Shown: piece by piece, positions 38,900-49,925 of the stretch
How the letters are laid out: each line of letters begins with the position of its first letter
Numbering within the stretch: the stretch's first letter is position 1
NCBI GenBank assembly: GCA_037127585.1
Contig: JBAXYB010000001.1
Location: forward strand, 9,147 to 73,146
Reading direction: 5' to 3'
Source: Verrucomicrobiota bacterium
GTDB taxonomy: Bacteria; Verrucomicrobiota; Verrucomicrobiia; Palsa-1439
DNA length: 64,000 bases
Program-made: the position numbers and the translations under genes
The notes under the pieces: model-generated
Seen by the model: only the letters and a program-made list of their open reading frames with translations
Told to the model about the DNA's origin: nothing
The model's database searches: none

Positions 38900-40837
38900 A
38901 TGCATTGGATTGATTGGACATTCGTAGTGGCGACGCTGGTGCTGGTGTTTGGCATCATGCTGTACACGCGGCGCTACCTGCGCAGTGTGGCGGATTTCAT
39001 GGCCGGCGGGCGACATGCCGGCCGGTATTTGCTGGCCAATGCCCGGGACACGTCCGGTTTTGGCGTCGCGACGTTTGTCGCGGTCTTTGAGGGGAGCTAC
39101 GCGGCGGGTTGCACTTGGACCTGGTGGGGGGTGCTGATGGCGCCGGTAGGATTGATCTTTGGAATTCTGGGCTTCGTCGGCTACCGGTATCGCGAGACGC
39201 GGGCCCTGACGATGGCTCAGTTTTTCGAGATGCGGTACAGCCGGAAATTCCGTTTGTTCACCGGCATGCTGGCATTTCTGGCCGGCATCTTGAACTACGG
39301 CATCACGCCGGCCATTCAGGCGCGTTTTTTTGTGTATTTTCTGCACTTGCCGGTCACGGTGGAGATTGGCCCATGGCCGGTGCCAACGTTTGCCCTCATT
39401 ATGGCGGCGTATCTGTTGTGCGTGGTGCTGATGGTGACCCTGGGCGGGCAGATCTCCTTGATGGTGACCGATTGTTTCGAGGGGATGATCTCGATGGTTT
39501 TTTACATGGTCATTGCCATCGGGTTGCTCTCGCTGTTCAGTTGGGCGCAGATCACCGAGGTGATGACGAATCGGCCGCCCGGACACTCACTGCTGAATCC
39601 GTTTGATGGTTTTGCCATCGCGGACTTCAACCTCGGCTTCGCTTTGATGTTCACCGTCATGGGGATTTACGGGACGATGGCGTTTCAATTTGGGGCCGGG
39701 TTTAATGCGGCGGCGCAGACGCCGCACGAGGGGCGCATGGGCGGCATTCTTGGAGGATGGCGGATGTTTGCGCGCGGTGCGATGTTTTTCCTCTTGGTGG
39801 GCGGGGCGATGGTCTTCCTGAACCATCCCAAGTTCGTGACGCAATCGGAACCGGTACGGCAGACGCTGTCCCAGATCAGCAACCCGCAACTGGCCAACCA
39901 AACGCGGGCGGCGATCGTCTTGAGTTACATGCTGCCGGTGGGGATAAAAGGAGCGTTTTGCGTGATCATGCTTCTGAGTTTGTTTGCGGCCGACGCGTCG
40001 CACCTGCATTCGTGGGGCACGATCTTCATTCAGGACGTGGTGCTTCCGCTGCGAAAGACGCATTTCGAAACGAAAATGCATATCCGGGTTTTGCGATTGG
40101 CGGTGGTGCTGGTGGCGGTGGTGGCGTTTCTGTTTAGCCTGCTGTTTCGCCAGACCGAGTACATCATGATGTGGTGGACGATCACCGGCGCGGTGTACGT
40201 CTCGGGTGCGGGTGCGGTGATCATCGGGGGGTTGTACTGGAGCCGCGGCACAGCACCGGCCGCTTGGACAACGATGATTGCCGGTGCGGTCCTGTCTTTG
40301 GGCGGGATTCTGTACAAACAGTTCAACCCCGCATTCCCGCTGAACGGACAGGTGGTGGCGTTTCTGGTCATGCTCGTTTGTATTGTGTTGTATGTGACCG
40401 TGTCCTTGCTCACCTGCCGGCAGCCATTCAACATGCAGCAGTTGCTGCATCGCGGTCAGTATGCAGTTGACAACGGGGCGTCCGCGCCGGCCGCAGCGGC
40501 GGTGGCTCAACGCAAGTGGTACAATCCGGCGCGGATCCTGGATTTTGACGCGAACTTTACGCGGGGCGACAAGATCCTTGCCAGCAGCGTGTTTGGCTGG
40601 GGCGTGTTCTGGAGTGTGGCGGTGCTCATCGGCACCATCTGGAACCTGATCAGTCCGTGGCCGATTCAGTGGTGGAAGAACTTCTGGTTTATTTATTGTA
40701 TTTGCCTGCCGTTCTTGATCGGCGTGGTGACGACCGTCTGGTTCACGTGGGGCGGTGTGCGGGATTTGCGGTCGTTCTTCCGCCGCCTGCGGGCCGAAAA
40801 GGTGGATGAAGCGGACGACGGGACCGTCGAAAAATAG
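38900..40837 (+). CDS. Sodium:solute symporter (SSS) family transporter
   Basis: SVADFMAGGRHAG, RYRETRALTMAQFFEMRYS, LGGQISLMVTD; many TM segments. Confidence 0.92.
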   Translation: MHWIDWTFVVATLVLVFGIMLYTRRYLRSVADFMAGGRHAGRYLLANARDTSGFGVATFVAVFEGSYAAGCTWTWWGVLMAPVGLIFGILGFVGYRYRETRALTMAQFFEMRYSRKFRLFTGMLAFLAGILNYGITPAIQARFFVYFLHLPVTVEIGPWPVPTFALIMAAYLLCVVLMVTLGGQISLMVTDCFEGMISMVFYMVIAIGLLSLFSWAQITEVMTNRPPGHSLLNPFDGFAIADFNLGFALMFTVMGIYGTMAFQFGAGFNAAAQTPHEGRMGGILGGWRMFARGAMFFLLVGGAMVFLNHPKFVTQSEPVRQTLSQISNPQLANQTRAAIVLSYMLPVGIKGAFCVIMLLSLFAADASHLHSWGTIFIQDVVLPLRKTHFETKMHIRVLRLAVVLVAVVAFLFSLLFRQTEYIMMWWTITGAVYVSGAGAVIIGGLYWSRGTAPAAWTTMIAGAVLSLGGILYKQFNPAFPLNGQVVAFLVMLVCIVLYVTVSLLTCRQPFNMQQLLHRGQYAVDNGASAPAAAAVAQRKWYNPARILDFDANFTRGDKILASSVFGWGVFWSVAVLIGTIWNLISPWPIQWWKNFWFIYCICLPFLIGVVTTVWFTWGGVRDLRSFFRRLRAEKVDEADDGTVEK

Positions 40838-40920
40838 CTGGCATTGAACAGGCGGTCCGCGAGACAATCGTCAAGGATCGGAACTGAAATGATACGCGGC
40901 ATGGGGAAGCACAGGACAGG

Positions 40921-41670
40921 ATGAGAAAATTACTCGGATTGAGCGGGTTGGTGTTGTGGTTGAGCATGACCGGGGCGGCGCAGGCGAAGTTGACAATTTA
41001 TTATTTGCGCCACGCCGAAGCCGGTCACAATGTGGTCGCGAAATTTGTCGCGAGTGGTATACCGACCAACCAGTGGCCGGCCTATGTTGGCCACGGCGAC
41101 ATCTTCACGCCGGACGGCGAGGCGCAGGTCCGGGGCGTGACCACGAATCTGCTGGCGTACAAATTTGATTTCATTGCGGTGAGTCCCACCTGGCGGACGC
41201 GGCAGACGATCTTGCCGTTTTTGAAGGCCACCGGTCGCACGGCGGAGATCTGGCCGGAATTGACGGAGGTCGGTCTGGAGGCGACCAACTCGGAGCCAGT
41301 CATTCCAGAGGTGGTGATCGGTCATGAACCGCTCAAGGTGCCGCAGGATGAGCAAACGAGCTTCAAGTTTCGGTTGGATTCAGCCGGCTGTTGCGAGATG
41401 TGGGCGACGAATGTCGCGCAGGTGACCTGGCAGGCGAAACAGGTTTTGGATTTACTGCGGACCCGGTTTGGCAAGCGGGACGCGACCGTGTTGCTGGTTG
41501 GCCACGGTACCGCTGGGCGCACGTTGATTCGCTATCTGACGCGTCAGCCCTCGTGGAATGAGGACTGGCTGCACAACGCTGCGCTCTGGATGGCAGTCGA
41601 AAAACCGGGTGGCACATTTGAGCTGAAACTGCTGAACGGGGCGCCATATCCGGCGGCGCCCCCCCATTGA
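40921..41670 (+). CDS. Secreted histidine phosphatase family protein
   Basis: Signal peptide; YYLRHAE, SPTWRTRQT, LTEV, LLVGHG. Confidence 0.82.
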   Translation: MRKLLGLSGLVLWLSMTGAAQAKLTIYYLRHAEAGHNVVAKFVASGIPTNQWPAYVGHGDIFTPDGEAQVRGVTTNLLAYKFDFIAVSPTWRTRQTILPFLKATGRTAEIWPELTEVGLEATNSEPVIPEVVIGHEPLKVPQDEQTSFKFRLDSAGCCEMWATNVAQVTWQAKQVLDLLRTRFGKRDATVLLVGHGTAGRTLIRYLTRQPSWNEDWLHNAALWMAVEKPGGTFELKLLNGAPYPAAPPH

Positions 41671-41838
41671 CGCGACACGCAACCCGGCCCCCCCCTCGGC
41701 TGGTGGAGTTGAATAGCGTTGCTCTGAAATCTTCTATTTAACGATTGATTAATGTAAGATGAATGTCCTAGTCTGGCATATCATTCTATGAGTCGGAAAA
41801 GTGTGCGGGTGAAAGATCCAACGGAAAGGAAAAACAAA

Positions 41839-42600
41839 ATGCGGATGACAACAATCGTGGCGGCGCTGGCAGTTCTCGGCCTCGCGTTTGGGGCGCAGGC
41901 GGCGGACGTGAAGGTGTGGACCAGCGATGTGGTGTCGGACGAGACGTGGACGAATGCGGTGAAGGAGTTGAAGCTGATCACGTTGGTCGGCGCCCGGAAT
42001 GGGTTCTATTCCGGCAAGCTCGTGGTGGAATCCACGCACACCATCACGGGAGTGAAGGCTTCCGTGGATTCGCTGACTGGGCCCGGTGGTGCCATTCCCG
42101 CTGCGGATGTGCAAGTTCGCTACGCGCAGTATTGGCCGGGAATGCATTGGGGGGGTGTCAGAATGGCGGCCATTCAGGCCGGATATCTTGCTGGACAATG
42201 CGCCGGCGGTGACGCCGGTAAAAGGACGTGCCTTGCTGCCAATATGGGTCACGGTGCAACTCCCCAGGGAAACCAAGGCCGGGACCTGCACGGGCGAAGT
42301 CACGGTCCTGCTGGATGGCGACAAGAAAACCAAGCTTGGCGATGAGTTGGCCAAGCGCTGTCAGGTGGCCCTGGACGCGCATCAGCGGGCGATGTGGAAG
42401 ACGCAATGGAGCAATGATGAAGATTTGAACAGTCTGGGAACGTTGGGCGATTCAGGAGGCTTCATCTTGAATGGTGTGCCGCAGTACGGGATATGGAATG
42501 TCCTGCAGAAGGATGCGCAGAAATTGGCGGAGAGGCATCCCGGACTAAAAGGCCAGAGCCCCCACAATGCCAGCGACTATCGAAACGAATCGGTACAATG
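41839..42600 (+). pseudogene. Fragments of a secreted GH123/DUF6067-like glycoside hydrolase
   Basis: Signal peptide; LVGARNGFYSGKLVV, IPAADVQVRYA, PIWVTVQLP..KAGTCTGEVTV; then a jump to LGDELAKRCQ; frameshifted. Confidence 0.55.
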
Positions 42601-42669
42601 AATGGAACTATTATGATTAGACGGGTTTATTATATGAAGACGAGATCACCAAGGCAAGGGAGTCAGCTC

Positions 42670-44535
42670 ATGAAAATCAGTGTTGCCCTGTTATTCGCCC
42701 TCTGCGCAACCGCGCAGGCTCTTATCAATCCGAACTTTACGCCGATCCACCTGATGAAACAGTCGGACACGGTTCTCGATCTGCAGTTGAACCCGGCAAA
42801 GGACGGTGTGGTCACCGCTTCGGTCAAGTCCGTGATCAAGGGCAAGTTCGCAGCCAAGACCATTTCGTTGGATCTCAAGGACGTGACGATTCCGGCGCAG
42901 CGAGAGGTTGTGGAACAGATCGCGGGCGCACCGAGAGCCGAACCGGCGCTCTTTTTCATCGGCAAGATCGGTGAGGAGGGCGATGCCGCTGGTGGGGGAG
43001 GCAATGCCGGCAACGACGTGCGGGGGTTCCTGCATGCCGAATGCCAATGGATCTCGTTCGACAAGGACAAGGATGTCTGGTCCATGAACGACATCAATAA
43101 CAAGATGTTGGGAACCTGGAACGGCGGCACCGACATGCTGCGCAAGTTGGTGGACTATATCCTGACGGATCCGGATGCCGATGTTCCCTGCGAGGAAAAA
43201 GTGTCCTGGGGCAAGCCGGTGAAGTTTGCCACCCTCAGCGGCAAGGTGCGCGCCGTGGCCCCGGTGACGCTGGTGAACGGTGGCCGGCAGTTGCTCTTTG
43301 TAACGGCTGATTCCGGCGACAAACTGTTCGTGTACGACGACAAGAGCCGTGGCCTGAACGATGTCTCCTCCGAGCACAAGCTGGCCGCCAAATCCACCGT
43401 CGCGACCTGGGGCGACCTGAATGCCGATGGGCGCATGGACCTGGTGAGCTGGAATGGCACAGCCGTGACCGTCTATCTTCAGGATTCAAATGGTGTGCTG
43501 CAGGCAGACGCCAAACTGCCGGCCAGCGAAGTCAAGGGCGGCTGCACGTCGCTTGCCGTGATTGACTCCGGCGTGGCTGGTCATCCCGCCGTGTTGATTG
43601 GCACAGCCGCCATGCCGTTGCTCTGGACACCCGCCCTCGGCGCCGAGGCGCAGGCCGCCAAACCCGTGGCTGCCGGCGAGGCGCCGGTCAAGGATCTCGG
43701 CGCGGCTGGTCGCTGTTTCGTGGCCGACTTCGATGGCGACGGTTACGCGGACATCCTGCAACTCTTTGCCAAGGGGAGCCTGGTCTACAAGGGCAAGGCG
43801 GTCGGGCAATTCGAATCGCCGAAGCCGTGCGATGTGTTCCTCGGTCCCGGGAACTCCGACGCCTTTCTGGGCGATATCGACGGCGACGGGTTGCTCGATC
43901 TCTTCACCCTCGGCGACAACACGCGGGTCTGGAACAACCGCGGTGCGATGAAGTTCGTCAATGTCATGCAGGAGAGTGGGGAATTTACCTACAAAGGGGC
44001 CACCTATTCCCACTGCGGTGCGGTCGGCGATATTAACGGCGATGGCCGTCAGGATGTGATCTGCTTCTATGAGAACGGCGTGCCGCACATCAACTTCAAC
44101 CGCGGCTTCCGCAGTTTCGGCCACGCGAACAGCATCGACCTGCAATCGACTGGCGTGATCCCGGGAGCCGGCGATGGTCAGCAGACCGGTTGCTGGACGA
44201 ATCTCAAAGGCGATGGCATCCAGGAAATCGTCATTGTCCTCACCAACGGGGAGATCTGGTTCATGCCCGTGATACCGGACGGCGGCAGTGAAAAGGGTGG
44301 TTGTGTCCGTGTCATGCTTTCGTCCACGGGATCGTACGCCGGCCCGCTGAACGTGGTCGGCTGGCGGGGCAAGCGCTGCCTGGGCACCTGGAACGTTCTG
44401 CCCGGCACGACCGAGGGGTTTGTTGCCCAGAATGAAGCCGGACCTGTGACCATCAAGTGGCGGCTCCCCGGCGGCAAACTGATGGAAAAGAAGGTCACGG
44501 TTGAAAACGCACCGGTGAAATTGATGTTGCCGTGA
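42670..44535 (+). CDS. Secreted FG-GAP/VCBS-repeat (Ca-binding beta-propeller) protein
   Basis: Signal peptide MKISVALLFALCATAQA; GDLNADGRMDL, ADFDGDGYADI, GDIDGDGLLDL, GDINGDGRQDV. Confidence 0.85.
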   Translation: MKISVALLFALCATAQALINPNFTPIHLMKQSDTVLDLQLNPAKDGVVTASVKSVIKGKFAAKTISLDLKDVTIPAQREVVEQIAGAPRAEPALFFIGKIGEEGDAAGGGGNAGNDVRGFLHAECQWISFDKDKDVWSMNDINNKMLGTWNGGTDMLRKLVDYILTDPDADVPCEEKVSWGKPVKFATLSGKVRAVAPVTLVNGGRQLLFVTADSGDKLFVYDDKSRGLNDVSSEHKLAAKSTVATWGDLNADGRMDLVSWNGTAVTVYLQDSNGVLQADAKLPASEVKGGCTSLAVIDSGVAGHPAVLIGTAAMPLLWTPALGAEAQAAKPVAAGEAPVKDLGAAGRCFVADFDGDGYADILQLFAKGSLVYKGKAVGQFESPKPCDVFLGPGNSDAFLGDIDGDGLLDLFTLGDNTRVWNNRGAMKFVNVMQESGEFTYKGATYSHCGAVGDINGDGRQDVICFYENGVPHINFNRGFRSFGHANSIDLQSTGVIPGAGDGQQTGCWTNLKGDGIQEIVIVLTNGEIWFMPVIPDGGSEKGGCVRVMLSSTGSYAGPLNVVGWRGKRCLGTWNVLPGTTEGFVAQNEAGPVTIKWRLPGGKLMEKKVTVENAPVKLMLP

Positions 44536-44579
44536 TGTGCATCAATCCGGCCTTGGAATAGGATCTTCTTGGAGAAAAC

Positions 44580-47231
44580 ATGCTGACATCCATTATTGAA
44601 GGGTCGATACATCTGGCTGTTGTACCGATTCTGATTGGTCCGCTTCAGGTGCTGCTGGCAATTCTGCCGGCAATCCTCGTGGCCATTGGCGGCGTCATTG
44701 CCGCCATGCTGAAACCCGCCTCGATCAAGATCGGGCTGCAGGTGCTTTGGCGCAACAAGATCCCGACGCTGGCCATCGTGGCCGTGATCGGCGGCGCCTG
44801 TTACGGGTTCTCATACCTCCACGGATTCGGCGGCGGCAAGGCCGCCGCTTTCCAGGGCAAAACGGAGTGGGCCATGTACCGCGGCGGGCTTGACCGTCGC
44901 GGCGGCGGGAGGGACGGCGCGCCGGACCCCGTGGGCGGTGGCGAGGTATGGGCCTTTGCGCAGAAATTCAAGACGTACTACTCCTCGCCCGCGATCATCG
45001 GCAACCGCATCGTGGCCGGGGCCGCGAAGAAGGAAGTGTTTGCCGACCGTGGCGGCATCTACTGCCTCGACGCCCAGAGCGGCGCCATGGTGTGGGAGTT
45101 TGCCCCGTCCGACTTCCGCGCCACCTATTCCTCGCCAGCGGTCTCCGGTAAGTACGTGGTATGCGGCGAGGGGCTCCACCTTACGACCGACGCCCGCATT
45201 TTTTGCCTCTCGTTCGAAACCGGTAAGAAACTGTGGGAAGTCAAGTCCGCCAGCCACGTCGAATCGTCGCCCTGCATCTACACCAACATGGTCTTCTGCG
45301 GGGCCGGCGCGGATGGCGTGTATGCCATGCGGCTCGACACGCCGCCCGGCAAATCGCCCGTGGTGTGGCATCTCAAGAGCTTCCGCGACATGGGGCTGGA
45401 CTCCGCCAATACGTTCCATTGCGACTCTTCGCTCGCCGCGGTGAACGGGCGCGTCTATTTCACTTCGGCCGAGTTGCATGACGGCGACTGGAGCGGCATC
45501 GCCTGCGTGGACGCCGCCACCGGCAAGTGCATTTGGAAAGTGGATACCTCCATGCCGGTCTGGGGGTCGCCCACGATCATCAGCAACCGCCTGTTCGTTG
45601 GCATGGGCAACGGCAACATGGTGGAGAGCGCCGAGCAATACTGGGCCCGCAAACAGCAGGAACTGCGCAAGGCCGGCAAAAGCCCGAAAGAGATCAGCGC
45701 CCTCGCGCCGAAGTACGCGGCGGGCGGCGAACTCTGGGCCATTGACGCCATCACCGGCAAAACCAACTGGGTTCGCAAACTGGGCAAGACCATGCTGGGC
45801 ACCGTGGCGGTTGCCGACGATCGACTCTACTTCGCCGGATCGGATGGCATTTTCACGTGCATTACCATGGACAACGAACTGCTCGGACAGTGGGACGCCC
45901 ACGAGCCCATCAACACCTGTCCCGCCGTCGGTAGCAACCACGTGTATGTGGCGACGGACAGCGGCCGCTTCTTCGGCCTCGACCGACGCACGCTCAAGCC
46001 AGTCTGGCAAACGCGCCTCGGCAACGGCGCTCTCTTCTCCAGTTCGCCGGCCCTCGGTTTTGGGCACATCTACATCGGCACCCCTGAAAGAGGCCTGGTC
46101 TGCATGGGCAGCCCGGCTGACCAGCAAATCGAAATGGTCTGGAACGGCGCCCGTGGCGGCCACGGCAATTACGGTTCCGTGGACGGCAGTTTCCTGCCAG
46201 CCAAGGGGAGTTATTCCGACCGCTGGCCGAAAGACTTCGAAGGCGATCTGCCGCCAGTCAGTGGCTCCCTAGCCTGCCTGAACAACACGCTCTATGTGCC
46301 GGTCACCTTCGGCAGCCAGACCGGTCTGGCTGCCATGGCTGTCAGCAGCACTTCCTCCAAGTTGCCGGAGACCAATCAGTGGTTTGCCGCCACGGTCCTG
46401 CCGATCGCCGGAGCCGTGGCTGCCACCACCAGCCGTGTTTACTTTGTTGAAGGTAAGATCGGGGACGCCGGTCGCAAACTCCATTGCGTGGATGCGGTCA
46501 GCGGCAAGGATACCTGGCAGGCGACCGTTGATGCCGGAGCATCAGGAGAACTTCTGCTGACCACCTCCCATCTGTTCCTCTTCGGCCGGAATGGCGAACT
46601 CTCCTGCCTGGCCACCAAGGGGGCTGACGCTGGCAAGACGATCTGGTCGACCCCCGTGGGAGCCGGCATCGGTGTGCCATGCCTGATTGGCGACATCGTG
46701 GCCATCGCCACCAAGGAGGGTGTGGCCGCGCTGCAAAGCAGCACCGGCAAGCCACTCTGGAAACAGTCGTCGCCGAAGGCTCCCGTGACCGGGCCGGCCG
46801 CCAATGAAGACGTCGTGGTTGTCGCAACGGCGGACGGTCTGGCCGGGCTCAGCATCGTGAACGGGGCGACGTTGTGGTCGCTGAAGTGCGCCCCCTCGTC
46901 TGCGCCGCTGGTGACGGACGACAAGCGCGTGCTCTGCACCACGGCCGATGGCGAAATCAAGGCCGTGGGCTGGGACGGCAAGGAACTGTTCCATCTGGCG
47001 AACGCCATCCCCGGCATGCCGGCGATGCTGCTCGGCGACAAACTTCTTTTCTGCGCGCAAGGTGAGTTTACGGCCGTCGACCTTTCCGCGAAGAACGAAG
47101 AGAGCCGCTGGCTGGAAATAACACCGGATTTCCTGGGCAAGGTTATTGCGCCGCCGATTCTGGCCAATGGGTTTGTCTATTTCGTCACCGACCAAAAAGG
47201 GCTAGTCTCCACCAAACAGGGGAAACGATGA
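44580..47231 (+). CDS. Membrane-anchored protein with two PQQ-like (BamB-type) beta-propellers
   Basis: Hydrophobic N-terminus; EWAMYRGGLDRRG, repeated SSPA/CLDAQSGAMVW/DAATGKCIW blades; second propeller starts near VWNGARGG. Confidence 0.85.
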   Translation: MLTSIIEGSIHLAVVPILIGPLQVLLAILPAILVAIGGVIAAMLKPASIKIGLQVLWRNKIPTLAIVAVIGGACYGFSYLHGFGGGKAAAFQGKTEWAMYRGGLDRRGGGRDGAPDPVGGGEVWAFAQKFKTYYSSPAIIGNRIVAGAAKKEVFADRGGIYCLDAQSGAMVWEFAPSDFRATYSSPAVSGKYVVCGEGLHLTTDARIFCLSFETGKKLWEVKSASHVESSPCIYTNMVFCGAGADGVYAMRLDTPPGKSPVVWHLKSFRDMGLDSANTFHCDSSLAAVNGRVYFTSAELHDGDWSGIACVDAATGKCIWKVDTSMPVWGSPTIISNRLFVGMGNGNMVESAEQYWARKQQELRKAGKSPKEISALAPKYAAGGELWAIDAITGKTNWVRKLGKTMLGTVAVADDRLYFAGSDGIFTCITMDNELLGQWDAHEPINTCPAVGSNHVYVATDSGRFFGLDRRTLKPVWQTRLGNGALFSSSPALGFGHIYIGTPERGLVCMGSPADQQIEMVWNGARGGHGNYGSVDGSFLPAKGSYSDRWPKDFEGDLPPVSGSLACLNNTLYVPVTFGSQTGLAAMAVSSTSSKLPETNQWFAATVLPIAGAVAATTSRVYFVEGKIGDAGRKLHCVDAVSGKDTWQATVDAGASGELLLTTSHLFLFGRNGELSCLATKGADAGKTIWSTPVGAGIGVPCLIGDIVAIATKEGVAALQSSTGKPLWKQSSPKAPVTGPAANEDVVVVATADGLAGLSIVNGATLWSLKCAPSSAPLVTDDKRVLCTTADGEIKAVGWDGKELFHLANAIPGMPAMLLGDKLLFCAQGEFTAVDLSAKNEESRWLEITPDFLGKVIAPPILANGFVYFVTDQKGLVSTKQGKR

Positions 47232-49924
47232 GCAACGGATCTACTTCCGCGAAGGAGCAAAAACCGATGAGTGTCGCGCCATCCAGCCTTCCTCACATCC
47301 GATTCTTCGGGCTGGGCTTCACCGCCGATGCCATCCCGGAACTCGATGACGTGGGCGGCAAAGGGATCAACCTTTGCAAACTGACGGTCGCCAAATTTCC
47401 GGTCCCGCCCGGCTTTCTCGTCACAACCGAGGCCTACCGGCAGTTCGTCTCCGAGAACCACATGGGGGAACGTGTCCGGGCGATCGCGGAATCCATCGAC
47501 GAAAACGATGTCGAGGAACTGGAGCGGCTTTCCGCCAGTATCCGCGAGATCTTCGCCCAGAATCCGATCCCCAAGGCGCTGGAAGAGGAGATCCTGACCG
47601 CCTATCGCCAGCTGTGCAGCGCCGGCAGTGATCGCGTGGCGGTGCGTTCCTCAGCCACCGCCGAGGACCTGCCGGAAGCGACGTTTGCCGGCCAGCAGGA
47701 CACCTACCTCAACATCAGCGGCGAAGCGTCGGTGCTGAAACACGTCAAGTCCTGCTGGGGCAGCCTCTGGACCGCGCGTGCCGTGGCTTACCGGGCGAAG
47801 CAGGAAACTTCCATGGACGGCCTGGCGATGGCAGTCGTGGTGCAGCAGATGGCGCGCGCCGAGGCGGCAGGCGTCATGTTCACCGCCAACCCCGTCACCG
47901 GCGCCAAGGACGAAATCGTCATCAATGCCGCGTGGGGTCTGGGCGAATCCATTGTGGGCGGCAACGTCACGCCGGACAACATCGTGGTCGACAAGCCGAC
48001 CTTGAAGATCAAGGCCATCACGGTGGCCGAGAAGACCGTGATGACCGCTACCACCGAAACCGGAACCGTGGAAACGGAAGTGTCCGCGACCATGCGCAAG
48101 GCGCGCGTGCTGGACGACGATGCCGTGGCGCGTCTGGCGGAACTCGGCCGGCGCATCGAGCAGCACTACGGCACCGCCCAAGACATTGAATGGGCCGTAA
48201 TCGCCGGCGGCCAATTTGCCATGCTCCAGGCGCGCCCGATTCGCGGTCTGGACGTGATTGAGGATACTGCAGTCGGCCGCCAGGAAGAGATCAATCGCTT
48301 GCGCGCAGTTGCCGGCGCCAACCGCCGCGTCTGGGTCACGCACAACCTCGGCGAAACGCTTCCCTCGCCCACACCACTCACCTGGGACATTATCCGCGGA
48401 TTCATGAGCGGCAATGGCGGCTTCGGTCGCATGTACCAAGACCTCGGTTATCAACCCAGCGAGCAAGTCTGCCGCGAAGGATTCCTGGAATTGATTGCCG
48501 GACGCATTTACGCCGATCCCGAGCGCGCCGCCCAACTGTTCTGGGGCGGGATGCCGCTCTCCTACGACCTCGATGCCGTGGCCAAGAATCCCACCGTCAT
48601 GGATGCGGCACCGACCAAGTTCGATCCCGCCCGCGCCGACGGCAAGTTCCTGGTCGCGCTGCCGGGCCTGATCCGCCGCATGCTCAAATGCTCCAAAACC
48701 ATGAAGGCCGTGCGCCGGACCGTGCTGGACCGCTTCGAGAAGGAAATCCTGCCGCCCTACCTGAAGTGGGTCGCGGAGAAACGCCGGCAGAATCTGGCCA
48801 AGCTTTCCGTCGACGAGCTGCGCGCAGAGCTGCGGACCCGCGTCGACCGCGCACTCAACGAATTCGGCGGCGAATCGCTCATGCCCGGCTTCTTCGGCGG
48901 CCTGGCGGACGCTTCCCTCAAAGGCACGCTGACACAGCTCATGGGGCAGGAGTCCGGTACGCAGTTGGCCCTGGAACTGACGCAGGCGCTGGAAGGCGAC
49001 ACCACCATCGCGCAAAGCGTGGCCTTGTCGGACGTCGCCCAAGGCAAGCGCACGATCGAGAGTTTTCTGGAGGAATATGGCCACCGCACCGTGGAGGAGA
49101 TGGAACTCTCCCGCCCGCGCTGGCGCGAGGATTCTTCCTATATCAATCAGATGCTCGCCGTGTACAAAGGCCCCGGCGCGCATTCGCCCGAGGAAAAGCA
49201 CCACCGCAACGTCGAGCACCGCCAAAAGGTCGAGCACCACCTGCCCGAGACGCTGCGCCACTTCGGCGGCAGTTGTCTGTACGAGGATATCCTGATCGAC
49301 CTCAAGGACGCGCAACGGATGCTGCCATACCGTGAATCCGGCAAGCACTACCTGATGATGGGGTACGAGACCATCCGCCTCGTGATCGTCGAACTCGCCA
49401 AACGCTGGGATCTCGGCCGCGACATCTTTTTCCTCACCCTGGAGGAACTGCAGACCTACGAGGGGCGCCGCCAGGCAATGACCCCGATCATTGCCAGCCG
49501 CAAGCTTCGCTGGCAGTCGGCCCGGCGACTGGAAATGGCCGCGGTCGTGGATTCGCAGCAACTCGACGAACTTGGCCTGCCGAAAAAGTACGACAGCACG
49601 AACGAACTGCACGGCGACCCCATCGCCTCCGGTATTGCGGTGGGCATGGCCCGAATCGTGTTCGATCCAACCAAGGCCGCTGACTTCACCTCCGACTATG
49701 TGCTGGTCTGTCCGTCCACCGATCCCGGCTGGACCGCACTCTTTGTCCACGCCAAGGCGCTCATCGTGGAGCGCGGCGGCGTGCTGAGCCATGGCGCCAT
49801 CGTGGCGCGTGATTTTGGCATCCCGGCGCTCGTCTGCCCGGATGCCACCCGCCGCATCCCGGATCGCACCATGATCCGGGTCGACGGCAACCATGGTCGG
49901 ATCACCTTCGTGGAGGCCAAGTAA
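47228..49924 (+). CDS. PEP-utilising-family enzyme with RPH/PigC-like architecture (ATP-grasp, central substrate domain, swivelling phospho-His domain)
   Basis: VGGKGINL, VAVRSSATAED..FAGQQDTYLN, QDIEWA, LQARPI; C-terminal TDPGWT..GGVLSHGAIVARDFGIP; no pyruvate-binding TIM barrel. Confidence 0.88.
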   Translation: MSNGSTSAKEQKPMSVAPSSLPHIRFFGLGFTADAIPELDDVGGKGINLCKLTVAKFPVPPGFLVTTEAYRQFVSENHMGERVRAIAESIDENDVEELERLSASIREIFAQNPIPKALEEEILTAYRQLCSAGSDRVAVRSSATAEDLPEATFAGQQDTYLNISGEASVLKHVKSCWGSLWTARAVAYRAKQETSMDGLAMAVVVQQMARAEAAGVMFTANPVTGAKDEIVINAAWGLGESIVGGNVTPDNIVVDKPTLKIKAITVAEKTVMTATTETGTVETEVSATMRKARVLDDDAVARLAELGRRIEQHYGTAQDIEWAVIAGGQFAMLQARPIRGLDVIEDTAVGRQEEINRLRAVAGANRRVWVTHNLGETLPSPTPLTWDIIRGFMSGNGGFGRMYQDLGYQPSEQVCREGFLELIAGRIYADPERAAQLFWGGMPLSYDLDAVAKNPTVMDAAPTKFDPARADGKFLVALPGLIRRMLKCSKTMKAVRRTVLDRFEKEILPPYLKWVAEKRRQNLAKLSVDELRAELRTRVDRALNEFGGESLMPGFFGGLADASLKGTLTQLMGQESGTQLALELTQALEGDTTIAQSVALSDVAQGKRTIESFLEEYGHRTVEEMELSRPRWREDSSYINQMLAVYKGPGAHSPEEKHHRNVEHRQKVEHHLPETLRHFGGSCLYEDILIDLKDAQRMLPYRESGKHYLMMGYETIRLVIVELAKRWDLGRDIFFLTLEELQTYEGRRQAMTPIIASRKLRWQSARRLEMAAVVDSQQLDELGLPKKYDSTNELHGDPIASGIAVGMARIVFDPTKAADFTSDYVLVCPSTDPGWTALFVHAKALIVERGGVLSHGAIVARDFGIPALVCPDATRRIPDRTMIRVDGNHGRITFVEAK

Positions 49925-49925
49925 C

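Noticed and set aside
47228-49924. Housekeeping PEP synthase (ppsA) or PPDK
   Set aside because: It lacks the C-terminal PEP/pyruvate TIM barrel, and the His domain is terminal
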